From IMG/VR virus record IMGVR_UViG_3300010885_036069, positions 1-64,000 of that record: 64,000 nt of DNA. One strand, 5' to 3'. The position numbers and the translations under genes were made by a program. The notes beneath the pieces were generated by a model. That model was not told the origin of the DNA, searched no databases, and worked only from the letters and a program-made list of their open reading frames with translations. Origin of the DNA: a virus. The number at the start of each line of letters is the position of its first letter. Position 1 is the stretch's first letter. Shown here in pieces: positions 37,123 to 46,700 of the stretch.

Positions 37123-37628
37123 CCATCCTCTCTCATAGGCAACTGTTGCTTCTCGCATATGAGTCAGCATCCAACTCCATCCACCCATCAACACAAGTAG
37201 GCTCGCTGCTCTACTACCCTCGTCTTGACGGTGGTATCCCATATCCAGACACTGCTGGCAATAACACCATTCCAAGTGGATTGATTGATAGTTTAGATAG
37301 GTGGTCATCCCCCTTTATGAGGAATCTGTATGTTGAACACTCAGAGCGTTCGACGATCTATGCAGCGGCAAGGCAGGGGATTTGTACTGATCTGCTCGGA
37401 ATGGTTGCGACTTGGGCGGCTTGCTCGGATTGCGCTAGGGCGATCATTGCTGCTGGTATCACTGAAGTGCTTACGGATGCACGCTCATACGAGAGGACAG
37501 CCCCTGAGTGGAGAGATACAGTCCTACTTGGAAGAGAAATGATGAAGGAGGCCGGAGTCAAAGTGATTGACTACAACGGCCCCCTCATTGGTGAACTACG
37601 TCAAGGTGGAGAGATCGTCACTCTGTAA
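37119..37628 (+). CDS. dCMP deaminase-like protein
   Basis: STQVG, EHSER, ACSDCARAIIAAGITEV. Confidence 0.8.
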   Translation: MTILSHRQLLLLAYESASNSIHPSTQVGSLLYYPRLDGGIPYPDTAGNNTIPSGLIDSLDRWSSPFMRNLYVEHSERSTIYAAARQGICTDLLGMVATWAACSDCARAIIAAGITEVLTDARSYERTAPEWRDTVLLGREMMKEAGVKVIDYNGPLIGELRQGGEIVTL

Positions 37629-37863
37629 GTGACTTCTTCTTCCAAGTGACTGCATTGCTGATGTAGACAGATGCCCATAGGGCAGTGAGTGCTACGAACC
37701 CCCATCTCTCAGTGATGATGGAGTATGTGGCCCACGGGATTGTCATCACTCCCACAATGATGAGCCATCCCCACCAGATATGTCGTGTTGCTATGACACG
37801 CATGAATGTGATGCCCACCACCTCACAGGCAAAGAGCAACCATGTCCATGCTTGTTCGCTCAT
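37618..37863 (-). CDS. Small multi-TM membrane protein
   Basis: Three hydrophobic segments, WWGW. Confidence 0.6.
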   Translation of the reverse strand: MSEQAWTWLLFACEVVGITFMRVIATRHIWWGWLIIVGVMTIPWATYSIITERWGFVALTALWASVYISNAVTWKKKSLTE

Positions 37864-37866
37864 TGC

Positions 37867-38079
37867 TCACCATGTTCCATTGGCAAGTTTCTGAATGCGC
37901 TCATTCAGTTGCTCAACCTCATGTACCTGATTGTCAAGCTCAGCACGAAGGAGTATGGCTTCCTCAATGAATGCGACCAATACAGGTCGAAGGTCAATCC
38001 AATTGTTTCCATCATGGATCTTGATGAGTCCTGCTGTCCTGATGGTATTGATGAGTTGTTCTGGAGTCATGCCACTCAT
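37867..38079 (-). CDS. Hypothetical coiled-coil protein
   Basis: Part of a coupled operon. Confidence 0.55.
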   Translation of the reverse strand: MSGMTPEQLINTIRTAGLIKIHDGNNWIDLRPVLVAFIEEAILLRAELDNQVHEVEQLNERIQKLANGTW

Positions 38080-38360
38080 CCTATTGCATCTGACTCAATG
38101 CCAATACGCACATGACGTCTGTCATGAGCATCCAAGTACTGAATCCCATCACTCAGAGTGACTGGCCATTCGCTCTCTGTCACAGGCCATTCACTCTTTG
38201 GAGGTCGGATGATGAGTGCCTCCTCTACCCCACACTGTGAGCAGATCTCTGTTTCGTTGTCAGTCCTGCTCAATGCTCCTGGGTATGCACCAGGTGCATC
38301 GTTACTTGGAATGTACCCTTCACATCGAGGACAGATGATGGTTATCGCTGTGTTGTTCAC
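38076..38360 (-). CDS. Zn-finger hypothetical protein
   Basis: CPRC...ALSRTDNETEICSQCG. Confidence 0.7.
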   Translation of the reverse strand: MNNTAITIICPRCEGYIPSNDAPGAYPGALSRTDNETEICSQCGVEEALIIRPPKSEWPVTESEWPVTLSDGIQYLDAHDRRHVRIGIESDAIG

Positions 38361-38824
38361 TTGGCTTCTTCTTTCTCTTTGAGTCGATCTACTTGAGGAT
38401 CACGCACCTCATAGGAACCTTTGCCTACCCTGAGGAAGTATGTGATGTGTTCATTCATGAACTTACGAGCTGTTGCTTCTGAGAACTGTCCAGCCTCTGC
38501 TACATCAAGGACTGTCACTACTGATCCAACACTCTCAGACATCCACTGCATTGCTGCTTTGCGCTTATCAACATTTCGGATCTTGCGCTCAGGATCAACT
38601 GAGTCACTGCCACATAGTTCTTCAATGACTCTGTTAGCAATTGAGTAACCACGCAATGCACTAGATGATCGTTCACCAGTTGTGATGAACACACATTCAG
38701 CACGATGACGCTCTCCCATTAGGAGTAGTTCATCCTTTGGAATCAGTTGATGTGATCCATGCTTCTTGAGTGCTGATGAGTATGAGTTCTTGAACTCGTT
38801 GTCCACCTCTTTGATGGTTTTCAT
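38357..38824 (-). CDS. Hypothetical protein with winged-HTH-like C-terminus
   Basis: VTVLDVAEAGQFSEATARKF...VGKGSY. Confidence 0.6.
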   Translation of the reverse strand: MKTIKEVDNEFKNSYSSALKKHGSHQLIPKDELLLMGERHRAECVFITTGERSSSALRGYSIANRVIEELCGSDSVDPERKIRNVDKRKAAMQWMSESVGSVVTVLDVAEAGQFSEATARKFMNEHITYFLRVGKGSYEVRDPQVDRLKEKEEAK

Positions 38825-39150
38825 TGATTCTCTCCTCTGAGGTATTCCATACCCATTGACACGCCAATGCTGATGGCTGATGTGACTCGTGCTATTGACA
38901 TAGGTACTTCAATCTCTGATGTCGGAATCATTGAATCAAGGTACTCATCTGAGTACACGACAATGACATCATCCATCAGGTCACTTGCTATGAGGACCGG
39001 ACCTGTACCTCCATCGATTGATGATGCAGGTGCTGTCACGACTAGGACATTACGTCCCCACTCAGTCGTGGCTGTGACCATCACGTTCTTGTCCTCATTC
39101 TTTTCAAATCGAATCATCGGCACTTGGCCTGAGCTGTTGCTCTCCGTCAT
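38821..39150 (-). CDS. Hypothetical protein
   Basis: GAGAGG SD; class A promoter at 39202. Confidence 0.6.
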   Translation of the reverse strand: MTESNSSGQVPMIRFEKNEDKNVMVTATTEWGRNVLVVTAPASSIDGGTGPVLIASDLMDDVIVVYSDEYLDSMIPTSEIEVPMSIARVTSAISIGVSMGMEYLRGENQ

Positions 39151-39201
39151 GTGAACCTCTCTCGTATATGACAGGAACATTGTTGTCCCTGTGTAGGTAG
39201 T

Positions 39202-39227
39202 AACGCACGATGCATTGATAGATGTGC
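39202..39227 (-). promoter_or_regulatory. Outlying class A promoter copy
   Basis: GCACA-N17-CGTT on the minus strand. Confidence 0.75.
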
Positions 39228-39352
39228 ATCGGCTTATGTGATTGATGAATAGGATACACATAGGCAATGGTCAATGCAAGGGCAATGCATCTGGGCAATG
39301 AGCATGGGCATGGGCTGAGCCTGGTATCAATATGATCTTTTGATTTTATGGT

Positions 39353-39657
39353 TGTGAATAACCTGTGGATATGACTGTGGATATCCTATGGGTAACTGGG
39401 AGAGGCACCCCTGTGGGTAACTTGTCCACAGTCCCGTCATCGTTATCCACAATGTTGTCCACAGGATAAGGCCTATCCTGTGGACAACACGAGGGTTATC
39501 CCCAGCCTTATCCACAGACCTGCTGACTCCGACGGGACTATCCACAGCCTTGTGGATAAGTGATGCCTGTGGATAACTATCGACCTGTGGATATCCATGT
39601 GGATAACCCTGTGGATATGTGGACAACCTGTGGATATGTGGATAACTCTGTGGATAA
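39353..39657. repeat. Array of ~21 DnaA boxes (oriC-like)
   Basis: Perfect TT(A/G)TCCACA or its reverse complement at 39422, 39443, 39455, 39479, 39508, 39551, 39568, 39598, 39618, 39637, 39649; ~10 more with 1-2 mismatches. Confidence 0.9.
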
Positions 39658-39849
39658 ATGCGGGACTCCCAACTTTCCGGGGCCGGTCAGAAAGTGGGGG
39701 GGGACCAATATGGATCATCTAAGCCCCTTTTTCTGTTCGTACAAACGGAACGCCTCTCACTTGCTAGTCCTCTATTTGACTTGTTCTATTTGGACTGTCA
39801 TACTGCTCGGGAAGTAATTATCCACTATCTACTTGACCAGGAGGTCTTT

Positions 39850-40737
39850 ATGAACATCTATTTCAATAACTCTTACACGGCATCGCTATTTGCCTTTGAC
39901 ACCACCCGCAAGTCTGGCGATGTGGCTCAGTCTCTTCTAGATCGGCCCATTGACGGAATTACGCTTGTCGATCCTGTCGGATTCGCCCAGCGTGCTGAGG
40001 CGCTTATCAATATGGTTCACTCTTTTGACTATTACACCGCCGTCAAGTCGGGCAACCCACGCGACGTGGCGGAATCACAGGGCTTCTCATGGGACGAAGG
40101 AATCTTCCCAATGGCGCTAAATCACACCGCCGGTGTTGTCGCTGCTGCTGATGAAGCACTCAACCTCAACCGAGCGACGGGAACGCTCTCGTCAGGCTTG
40201 CACCACGCTAAGTGGGACCAAGGCGAAGGTTTCTGCACCTTCAATGGGCTTGCTGTTGCAGCTCGCCATGCGGTTGATGCAGGAGCGCGCGTTCTCATCC
40301 TTGACTTTGATGCCCATTGTGGCGGAGGCACCTACAGCCTTCTTGAAGACATCGGTGGTTATGTGACTCACATTGATGTGTCCGTTTCAGGCTTCGACAT
40401 GTACCGCACCGACGGCAATAATAAGTTGGTCATGTCTGAGTCCGGTTCATATGAATGGGATATCAACGCAGCACTTGATTACGCAAGCACCCTTGGACAG
40501 TTTGATTTGTGTCTGTATAACGCCGGCATGGATCCGTTCAACTGCGGTGTGAGCATTGATGAATTGGTCGCTCGGGAGAACGCTGTTGCTGCCTTCTGTC
40601 GCGATCATGTCCCCGCTACGGCCTTTACTTTGGCTGGTGGCTACACCTGGGGCGACGTGGAAATGAGCGAAATCGTTGATCTTCACCGCCTCACAATTAC
40701 GAGCTTTCAGGAGAGTTATGACTGCATCACAAACTGA
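39850..40737 (+). CDS. Histone-deacetylase-family (Zn-dependent) amidohydrolase
   Basis: GLHHA, GFCTFN, LDFDAHCGGGT, NAGMDP, AGGY. Confidence 0.9.
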   Translation: MNIYFNNSYTASLFAFDTTRKSGDVAQSLLDRPIDGITLVDPVGFAQRAEALINMVHSFDYYTAVKSGNPRDVAESQGFSWDEGIFPMALNHTAGVVAAADEALNLNRATGTLSSGLHHAKWDQGEGFCTFNGLAVAARHAVDAGARVLILDFDAHCGGGTYSLLEDIGGYVTHIDVSVSGFDMYRTDGNNKLVMSESGSYEWDINAALDYASTLGQFDLCLYNAGMDPFNCGVSIDELVARENAVAAFCRDHVPATAFTLAGGYTWGDVEMSEIVDLHRLTITSFQESYDCITN

Positions 40738-41164
40738 CATTGTTTTACACTTGCTTGATGTTGACTCCATTGAGCGTTTTACCTGCAATTGGGGGATGCA
40801 TCCCGAACCAAGTTTTTGGGATGTTGACGATGACACCTACATCAACGGCATCGTCATGACCATTGACAAGGATTACATCCTTGGTTCTCTGCTTGAAATC
40901 GTTGAGCGGAGTTCCGGCGTGGTCAGTTACCTTGCTGTAGTTGAGTTCCATGGTCCTGTTTTTGTGGGCGTGGAAATCGCAGTACGTGATTGGGATGCCG
41001 AGTGGTACCCCAATCCAGCAGGGACATTCTTTGATCGGAAGGTTTCTCAAGAGCTGGCATGCATTTGGGCAGTGGGGAAGATCCACGGGCTGATTGACTC
41101 CTGGTACGATAGGAAGAAGGCCACCTCGGAACGGACCCTCAATGCAATCACAGAACAAGATTGA
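40718..41164 (+). CDS. Hypothetical protein
   Basis: Overlapping operon ORF with GGAG SD. Confidence 0.6.
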   Translation: MTASQTDIVLHLLDVDSIERFTCNWGMHPEPSFWDVDDDTYINGIVMTIDKDYILGSLLEIVERSSGVVSYLAVVEFHGPVFVGVEIAVRDWDAEWYPNPAGTFFDRKVSQELACIWAVGKIHGLIDSWYDRKKATSERTLNAITEQD

Positions 41165-41459
41165 TTTAGTCGCTGCTGAAATGCGCGCCCGAGTCAATAA
41201 ATTAAAACTTGAGTCAACTATCAGTTCATATGAACGGACCCAGATGGGCCTTTTGGCGACTCGACTTAGCGAGAACCTTCCCTACGGGGATGACTCTGAG
41301 GTTGCCCGTCTTGAGTGGATGCTGATTTTCCTAGAGGGCGATTTTGACTGGAAGAACAAGTACAAGGAAGTTTTCGGTTCTGCACTCAAAGAGCCGAAAA
41401 AGAAACGGGATATGAAGTTTCCCAAGCCACGATTTGAAACAAGATCGGAAATGGCGTGA
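41142..41459 (+). CDS. Small partner protein A1
   Basis: Paralog of 43240-43701 (ARLEWMLIFLEGDFDWKNKYKEVFG). Confidence 0.75.
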   Translation: MQSQNKIDLVAAEMRARVNKLKLESTISSYERTQMGLLATRLSENLPYGDDSEVARLEWMLIFLEGDFDWKNKYKEVFGSALKEPKKKRDMKFPKPRFETRSEMA

Positions 41460-43147
41460 ATTGGACTTCTATCAAGGTGGTGCAGGGCCGAATCGGTGGG
41501 ACTTCCCCATCGGTCGGCTCAGCAGCGCGCATGACGAGAAATCTGAAGCCCGCTGCCTATGATCCGGATTCTGTAGACATTGATAATGATGGTTGGCATC
41601 AAGAAGGAACGACTGCTCAGTGGTTCGGATTGGGTCGTAATCATGTGCTATTTCGCGCTATAGCCCAGGCTTTTCGCAACGAAGGTGGCGACGGTCAGAC
41701 TATGGCCATGCAGCGGCAGTTTATTGATCTTGAGGTACGACGAAATGCGCCGCCAGTTGAGTTGTCAGATGAAGATACTGACATTGCATTTATTGCTGGA
41801 GTTCTAACCAACAACGATCCGACTCGGGATCAACTCAGCGTTGCCGAACTAGCAACTGCTAGGCGATTCTTAAAATATCGCCAAGATAGTCGAAATGAAT
41901 TTGAGCCGAGAAACAAGCCCTTTCAGGATCTTGATGGAGAAATTACTCCGGATTCCGATGGCTCAGTTAAGGGTGCAATCAAGCGACTCATTGAAGCCCG
42001 CAAGAAGCGTCGCGAAGAGCGTGAATCACGATTTCAAGAAGAAGTTGATCGGATGATTGACGATCCAACCAAAGATCTAGCGATTGAATACAAAGATCGC
42101 TACATGACCGACATGAACAACGCTAAAGAATCCTACGATGAAATTTATCGTAGGATTATGGATGATTACGCCAAAAAAGTCCGGCGCCCGAGTGCAAATC
42201 AATGGGAAACCTCTCCAGAAATTCGCGAATGGGAAAGAATGAACCCTGAGCCAAACCACAGACTCTACGATTCTCATTCTGATCTTCTTGATGCTATGGG
42301 TGAATGGAATGATGCTCGATCGGACAAGGTTTGGGAACTTTCGCGTCCGGCATATCAGGCTTGGGTTGCAGAAGTTGAGAAGATGGCGAATGAGGAGTTC
42401 AAGCGAATTCACGGATCCTTACCAGGAGAAGGCACGGAAGACCTCCAAAGTCAAACGGGCTTACTCACGGATATGTTCACTTTTTCGGCAATGGGCCGTG
42501 ACGGCCAGCAATACGATTTCCGAGTTGAGAATGTTGTAGACATGTTTGGATCTCTAATGATCCAAGGCGGAGTTTACGATAAGGATGGAAACAACATTGG
42601 AACCTACGAGCGTTCCTTTAAGGATGAGTCAAGAGATGTTCATCATGATCATCTGATTTTTAATTCAAGTGTTCAAAACCTTGGACTTGGTAGCATTTTT
42701 AATGCTCGCAATGAACAAGTTTACAAACTGATGGGTTTTGAGAGCATTTCTACTGCCGGCTTGTCAAACGATAAGGAATACAAGGGTGCCACTCATTGGC
42801 CCAAGAATGGATTTGATTGGGCAGACGACTGGGAGCGAGACAAGTTCCTTGGTCGAATTCAGACCTTCATTGATTTTTGGGAAAGCGAAAGCGCAAGAAC
42901 TTCAGATCAAAATGTAACTATTGTCCTGAAAAAACAACTTCCAGATGGAACATTCCAAAATGTTTCTATTCCACTCTTTGCTTCTGCGGAAGAAGTTGAA
43001 ATGATTCGCAAAATGGTAGATATGGCTAGATCACAGGACTTTAATGATCCGAACCGATTGGTTGCAGATGATTTTCTTCAGTTCCAAGGAGCAGAAGAGG
43101 CATTTAAGGTCTGGAAAGCAACCATCAATTACACGAGAAGCATTTAA
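41456..43147 (+). CDS. Modular protein 1: leader + GNAT-like domain
   Basis: DIDNDGWHQEGT leader; QNLGLG...GATHWPKNGFDW. Confidence 0.75.
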   Translation: MNWTSIKVVQGRIGGTSPSVGSAARMTRNLKPAAYDPDSVDIDNDGWHQEGTTAQWFGLGRNHVLFRAIAQAFRNEGGDGQTMAMQRQFIDLEVRRNAPPVELSDEDTDIAFIAGVLTNNDPTRDQLSVAELATARRFLKYRQDSRNEFEPRNKPFQDLDGEITPDSDGSVKGAIKRLIEARKKRREERESRFQEEVDRMIDDPTKDLAIEYKDRYMTDMNNAKESYDEIYRRIMDDYAKKVRRPSANQWETSPEIREWERMNPEPNHRLYDSHSDLLDAMGEWNDARSDKVWELSRPAYQAWVAEVEKMANEEFKRIHGSLPGEGTEDLQSQTGLLTDMFTFSAMGRDGQQYDFRVENVVDMFGSLMIQGGVYDKDGNNIGTYERSFKDESRDVHHDHLIFNSSVQNLGLGSIFNARNEQVYKLMGFESISTAGLSNDKEYKGATHWPKNGFDWADDWERDKFLGRIQTFIDFWESESARTSDQNVTIVLKKQLPDGTFQNVSIPLFASAEEVEMIRKMVDMARSQDFNDPNRLVADDFLQFQGAEEAFKVWKATINYTRSI

Positions 43148-43239
43148 GTATACCCTCCCCGCCACAAAATTTTTTCTTGGCTTCGCCATAAGAGATGCGT
43201 TGGTGGTTACTCAGTAAAACCGTCTATTCTGTAGGGATT

Positions 43240-43701
43240 ATGGCTACCGAAAATACAACTCCGCAACCGGCTCAGCCGACCCCAACTCCCGATCCCACAG
43301 CGGCTGCTCCGCCTGCCCCTCCAGAGGCTCCAGCACCCGCTGAAACGCCGACTGGAGAGCGCAAAGTCATCACTCCGCCGATTGACATGCTCGCAGAGCG
43401 GATGCGTGTACGGGTCAATCAGGGGTTCCTGAAGAGCAACCTTTCATCCGTAGATCGGAACTCGGTCAACCATCTTGCGGGAACACTTGCTCTTCAGAGC
43501 GACGAAAAAGACAAGGCATCAGCACGCCTTGAGTATCTGTTGTGTTTTTTGGATGGTGACATTGACTGGAAAAAACGATATAAGGAAGTTTTTGGTCTTG
43601 AACCGCCGAAGGAACGACGCTCTGTGATCATTCCCGAGTCAGTCCGTAAGCGCGGCAAGATTTCTTCAGCCAAGGGTGTAATAGAGGAACCCGATTACTG
43701 A
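43240..43701 (+). CDS. Small partner protein A2
   Basis: ARLEYLLCFLDGDIDWKKRYKEVFG; Pro/Ala-rich N-terminus. Confidence 0.75.
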   Translation: MATENTTPQPAQPTPTPDPTAAAPPAPPEAPAPAETPTGERKVITPPIDMLAERMRVRVNQGFLKSNLSSVDRNSVNHLAGTLALQSDEKDKASARLEYLLCFLDGDIDWKKRYKEVFGLEPPKERRSVIIPESVRKRGKISSAKGVIEEPDY

Positions 43702-46700
43702 TGAGCATCTTTGAGTCTTCTTGGGACAAAATTGAAATCAAGAAGATTCCAGGCTCACTCGGAACGCCAAACGCTCCAAGTGGGCCTGGTCGTCCGCGCA
43801 AACTTATTCCTGCCGTCTTTGACCCAAAGTCTGCCGATGCTGATTCCGATGGTTGGCGACAAGAGGGAACAACTGCTCGCTGGTACGGACTCGTTCCCAG
43901 TAATCCCATCTACAAGACTGTTCTTAGGAACCTAGAGAAAATTAAAGATCCCGAGGGAACCACTGACTGGCTCCCCGTCGGGATGACAAATCTTGATGAG
44001 TGGCTTGGGACTATTGATGAAATTGAAAATCATCGACTAAGGGCGCCAAAAGTTGAACTTTCAACGCGCGAGGCCGACCTTAGTTTTATTGCTGGTCAGG
44101 TAGATCTCAGGGCGCGTCAGGCACAAGCAAGTGGCCGAGAAGCCCCAAATATTGCCAGCGAAACGCGCCGAGCTGCTGCTTGGGTTAAAGGCCGAGAAAT
44201 TCAGCGACGACGCTTTGGAAAGGCTGATGAGTTTTTTTCTGACGCAGATCAGAGCGTCATCGTAAAGGCAGATCAACTCATTGAGGATCTGAAGAAGCAG
44301 CGCATTGAGCGTGACGCCAAGATCAAGCAAATTGTTCAACTTGATCCCGAGGTGGCAAAACTTGCTCGCGAATTTGACCCAACAAAATATGCTGAATCAA
44401 GGATGGAACTTTGGGAATGGTCGGACCTCAACGAAGAAGAATACCCCCCACCGGTAAGAGGTGATTTTGAAACCGAGCGAGATTACTTGGATGCGGTGAC
44501 ACAGTGGAACGCAGAATCTAATGATCGCTGGATTGATTACGAAAATGGCTATCAGGGGGATTCACCAGGTGACGAACTGGACAATCTAGTAGCGAACGTC
44601 TTTGACTTCTCTTTCACCAGCACTGAAGGTGATGATTACTATGTTCAGGTTGACTACATTGACGATGTAACGCAAGAGGGCATGAAATTACACTTCAGTA
44701 TTCGTACTGAAGGAGAGGGCAGTAGTCACGGATACCCCGATGGGACTCAAGTTGGGAATCTTGAACGGTCTTTGAATTTCTACCAAGGAACCGTTTATCA
44801 CGAAATTTTCATGCTTGACGAAGATGTCCGAGGTGGGCAGATTTCTGGAATCATTAACGCCCGCAATGAGCAGATTTATGAGGCAATGGGCATAAGGCAG
44901 ATTTCTGTTTCAGCCACCAGTAGCCAAAGCATGAATGGTGCGACCCACTGGCCGAAGGTTGGTTTTGACTGGGGCGATTCCATGGAGCGGGATTCCTATA
45001 TGAAGGTAATTGAAAAAGCCCTCGATGCGTTCGCATCTGACCTTGAAGATAATCCCGATGAACTGCCATGGGTCATTCTTGCACGCGATGCGAATGACAT
45101 AAAAGTTCCCATTTTTGCTTCCAGAGAAGAAGCCGAAATTGTCCGAGCGTTAGTTGAGCGAGCCAAGACTGAACAGTTTGATGACCCTGATCGACTAACT
45201 GCCGGCGACTTAGTTAACTGGGCTGGTGCCGAGGCTTGGTTCAAGCAAAGTCGAGTAACTGGACATTTAGTAAAGCCGGTTGGATCTAGCGGTAAGAACC
45301 CAGCAGTTAAGTGGCTAATCATTGAGCCTGAATACAAGGCCGTTGTTAAGCCAAATAAACCCAATCTCCCCAACACCCCAAAGAAGCCGAGCGTTGGCGG
45401 TGGCGCACCAAAACCTCGAGCCTTGAAACCTGCGGTATTTGATCCTCGTTCTGTGGACGTAGATAACGATGGCTGGCATCAGGAGGGAACTACTGCTGCT
45501 TGGTTTGGGGCCGGTCTTAATAATCCAGTGGTAAAGGAACTCCAAGACGCTCTTGGAAAACTTGGTGATGATGATCGGGAGTCTTCATACAATGCGATGA
45601 TTGCAACTGGCGGATATGGGATCTTTGAGGGCGCTCCAACTCCAGAAGCCTCAACCGCAGAGGCTGATCTTGCGTGGCTTGGTGGAAAAATTGTTCTCAA
45701 TGAGCAGCAACGGGAATCTTGGATGAGTGGCCCTCCCCCGCCACGTGTTGGTGGTGCTGATCGCTCACTTGAGGCCCAGTGGCTTCATGGGCGAGAAGAA
45801 GCACGGCGTCGTGGTGGAGTTCGGGAACAAGTCATCCCAACTCCAGAAATTGAAAAACTTGACGACGAAACCGTTTTTCAAGCAATTGATAAAGCCATTA
45901 CCGCCCGCCAAGAACGGCGCGCAATTCTTGATGCGAAAACACGAATTAAGTCCGATGATGCGGTATCTAGCGAATCAATAGAAAAAGCACAAAACTTTAA
46001 AGTTGATGATTATCCACCCGCCGATGGCTACGAAGTCGCTGACTATACCGAATGGTCAAAGACTTCTTACGAACCGCGTCCGGAAGCGATGGACTATCCG
46101 CTTGGGGGGACGCCGGAAGAATTTGAAGCATATGAAGCCAGCGTGGCGGAAACTATGCGATGGTCTGCTGATTCTTGGGATGCTTGGATTGAGTTTCAAA
46201 GAGAGCATGAAGATCTTGCAAATTCCGACCTGAGGGGAGCTACTAAGGAACTCTTTGAGTTTGAGTTCATTGGAAACAATGGGAAAACGTACTCAACCAG
46301 AGTTGATCGTGTTGTCCAATCCGCCATTGAACTTGATTCCGGTGAAGAAGGCACAATGTTTGGAATCAATGGAGTCTTCCTGGATGAAGATGGAAATCAA
46401 GTTGGATTTTTTGATCGTTCGTTTTATCCAGACCTTGGGATGGTAACCCACAATCATCTTGTTATTGACCAAGGGGAACGTGGTTCTCAGGTTTCAGGAA
46501 TTTTCAATTCTCGGAATGAAATCCTTTACCAAGAAATGGGTTACCACACCATCGGCGTAGGGGCGATGAGTGGGGCGGGTTACAACGGTGCTACCCACTG
46601 GCCCAAAGTTGGCTTTGACTGGGTGGACGAGGACCAAAGGAGCCTCACTCTCGGGGCGGTTGAAGACGCTTTGACTGAATTCGCTCTGGCAATCAAGGAG

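Noticed and set aside
39353-39657. Host chromosomal oriC (bacterial contig)
   Set aside because: No dnaA, dnaN or rpmH nearby; flanks are phage-like and share the phage-specific motifs
39327-39817. ORFs 39327-39626, 39473-39718 and 39560-39817
   Set aside because: YPQ/VDN/IHR repeats are just translations of DnaA boxes
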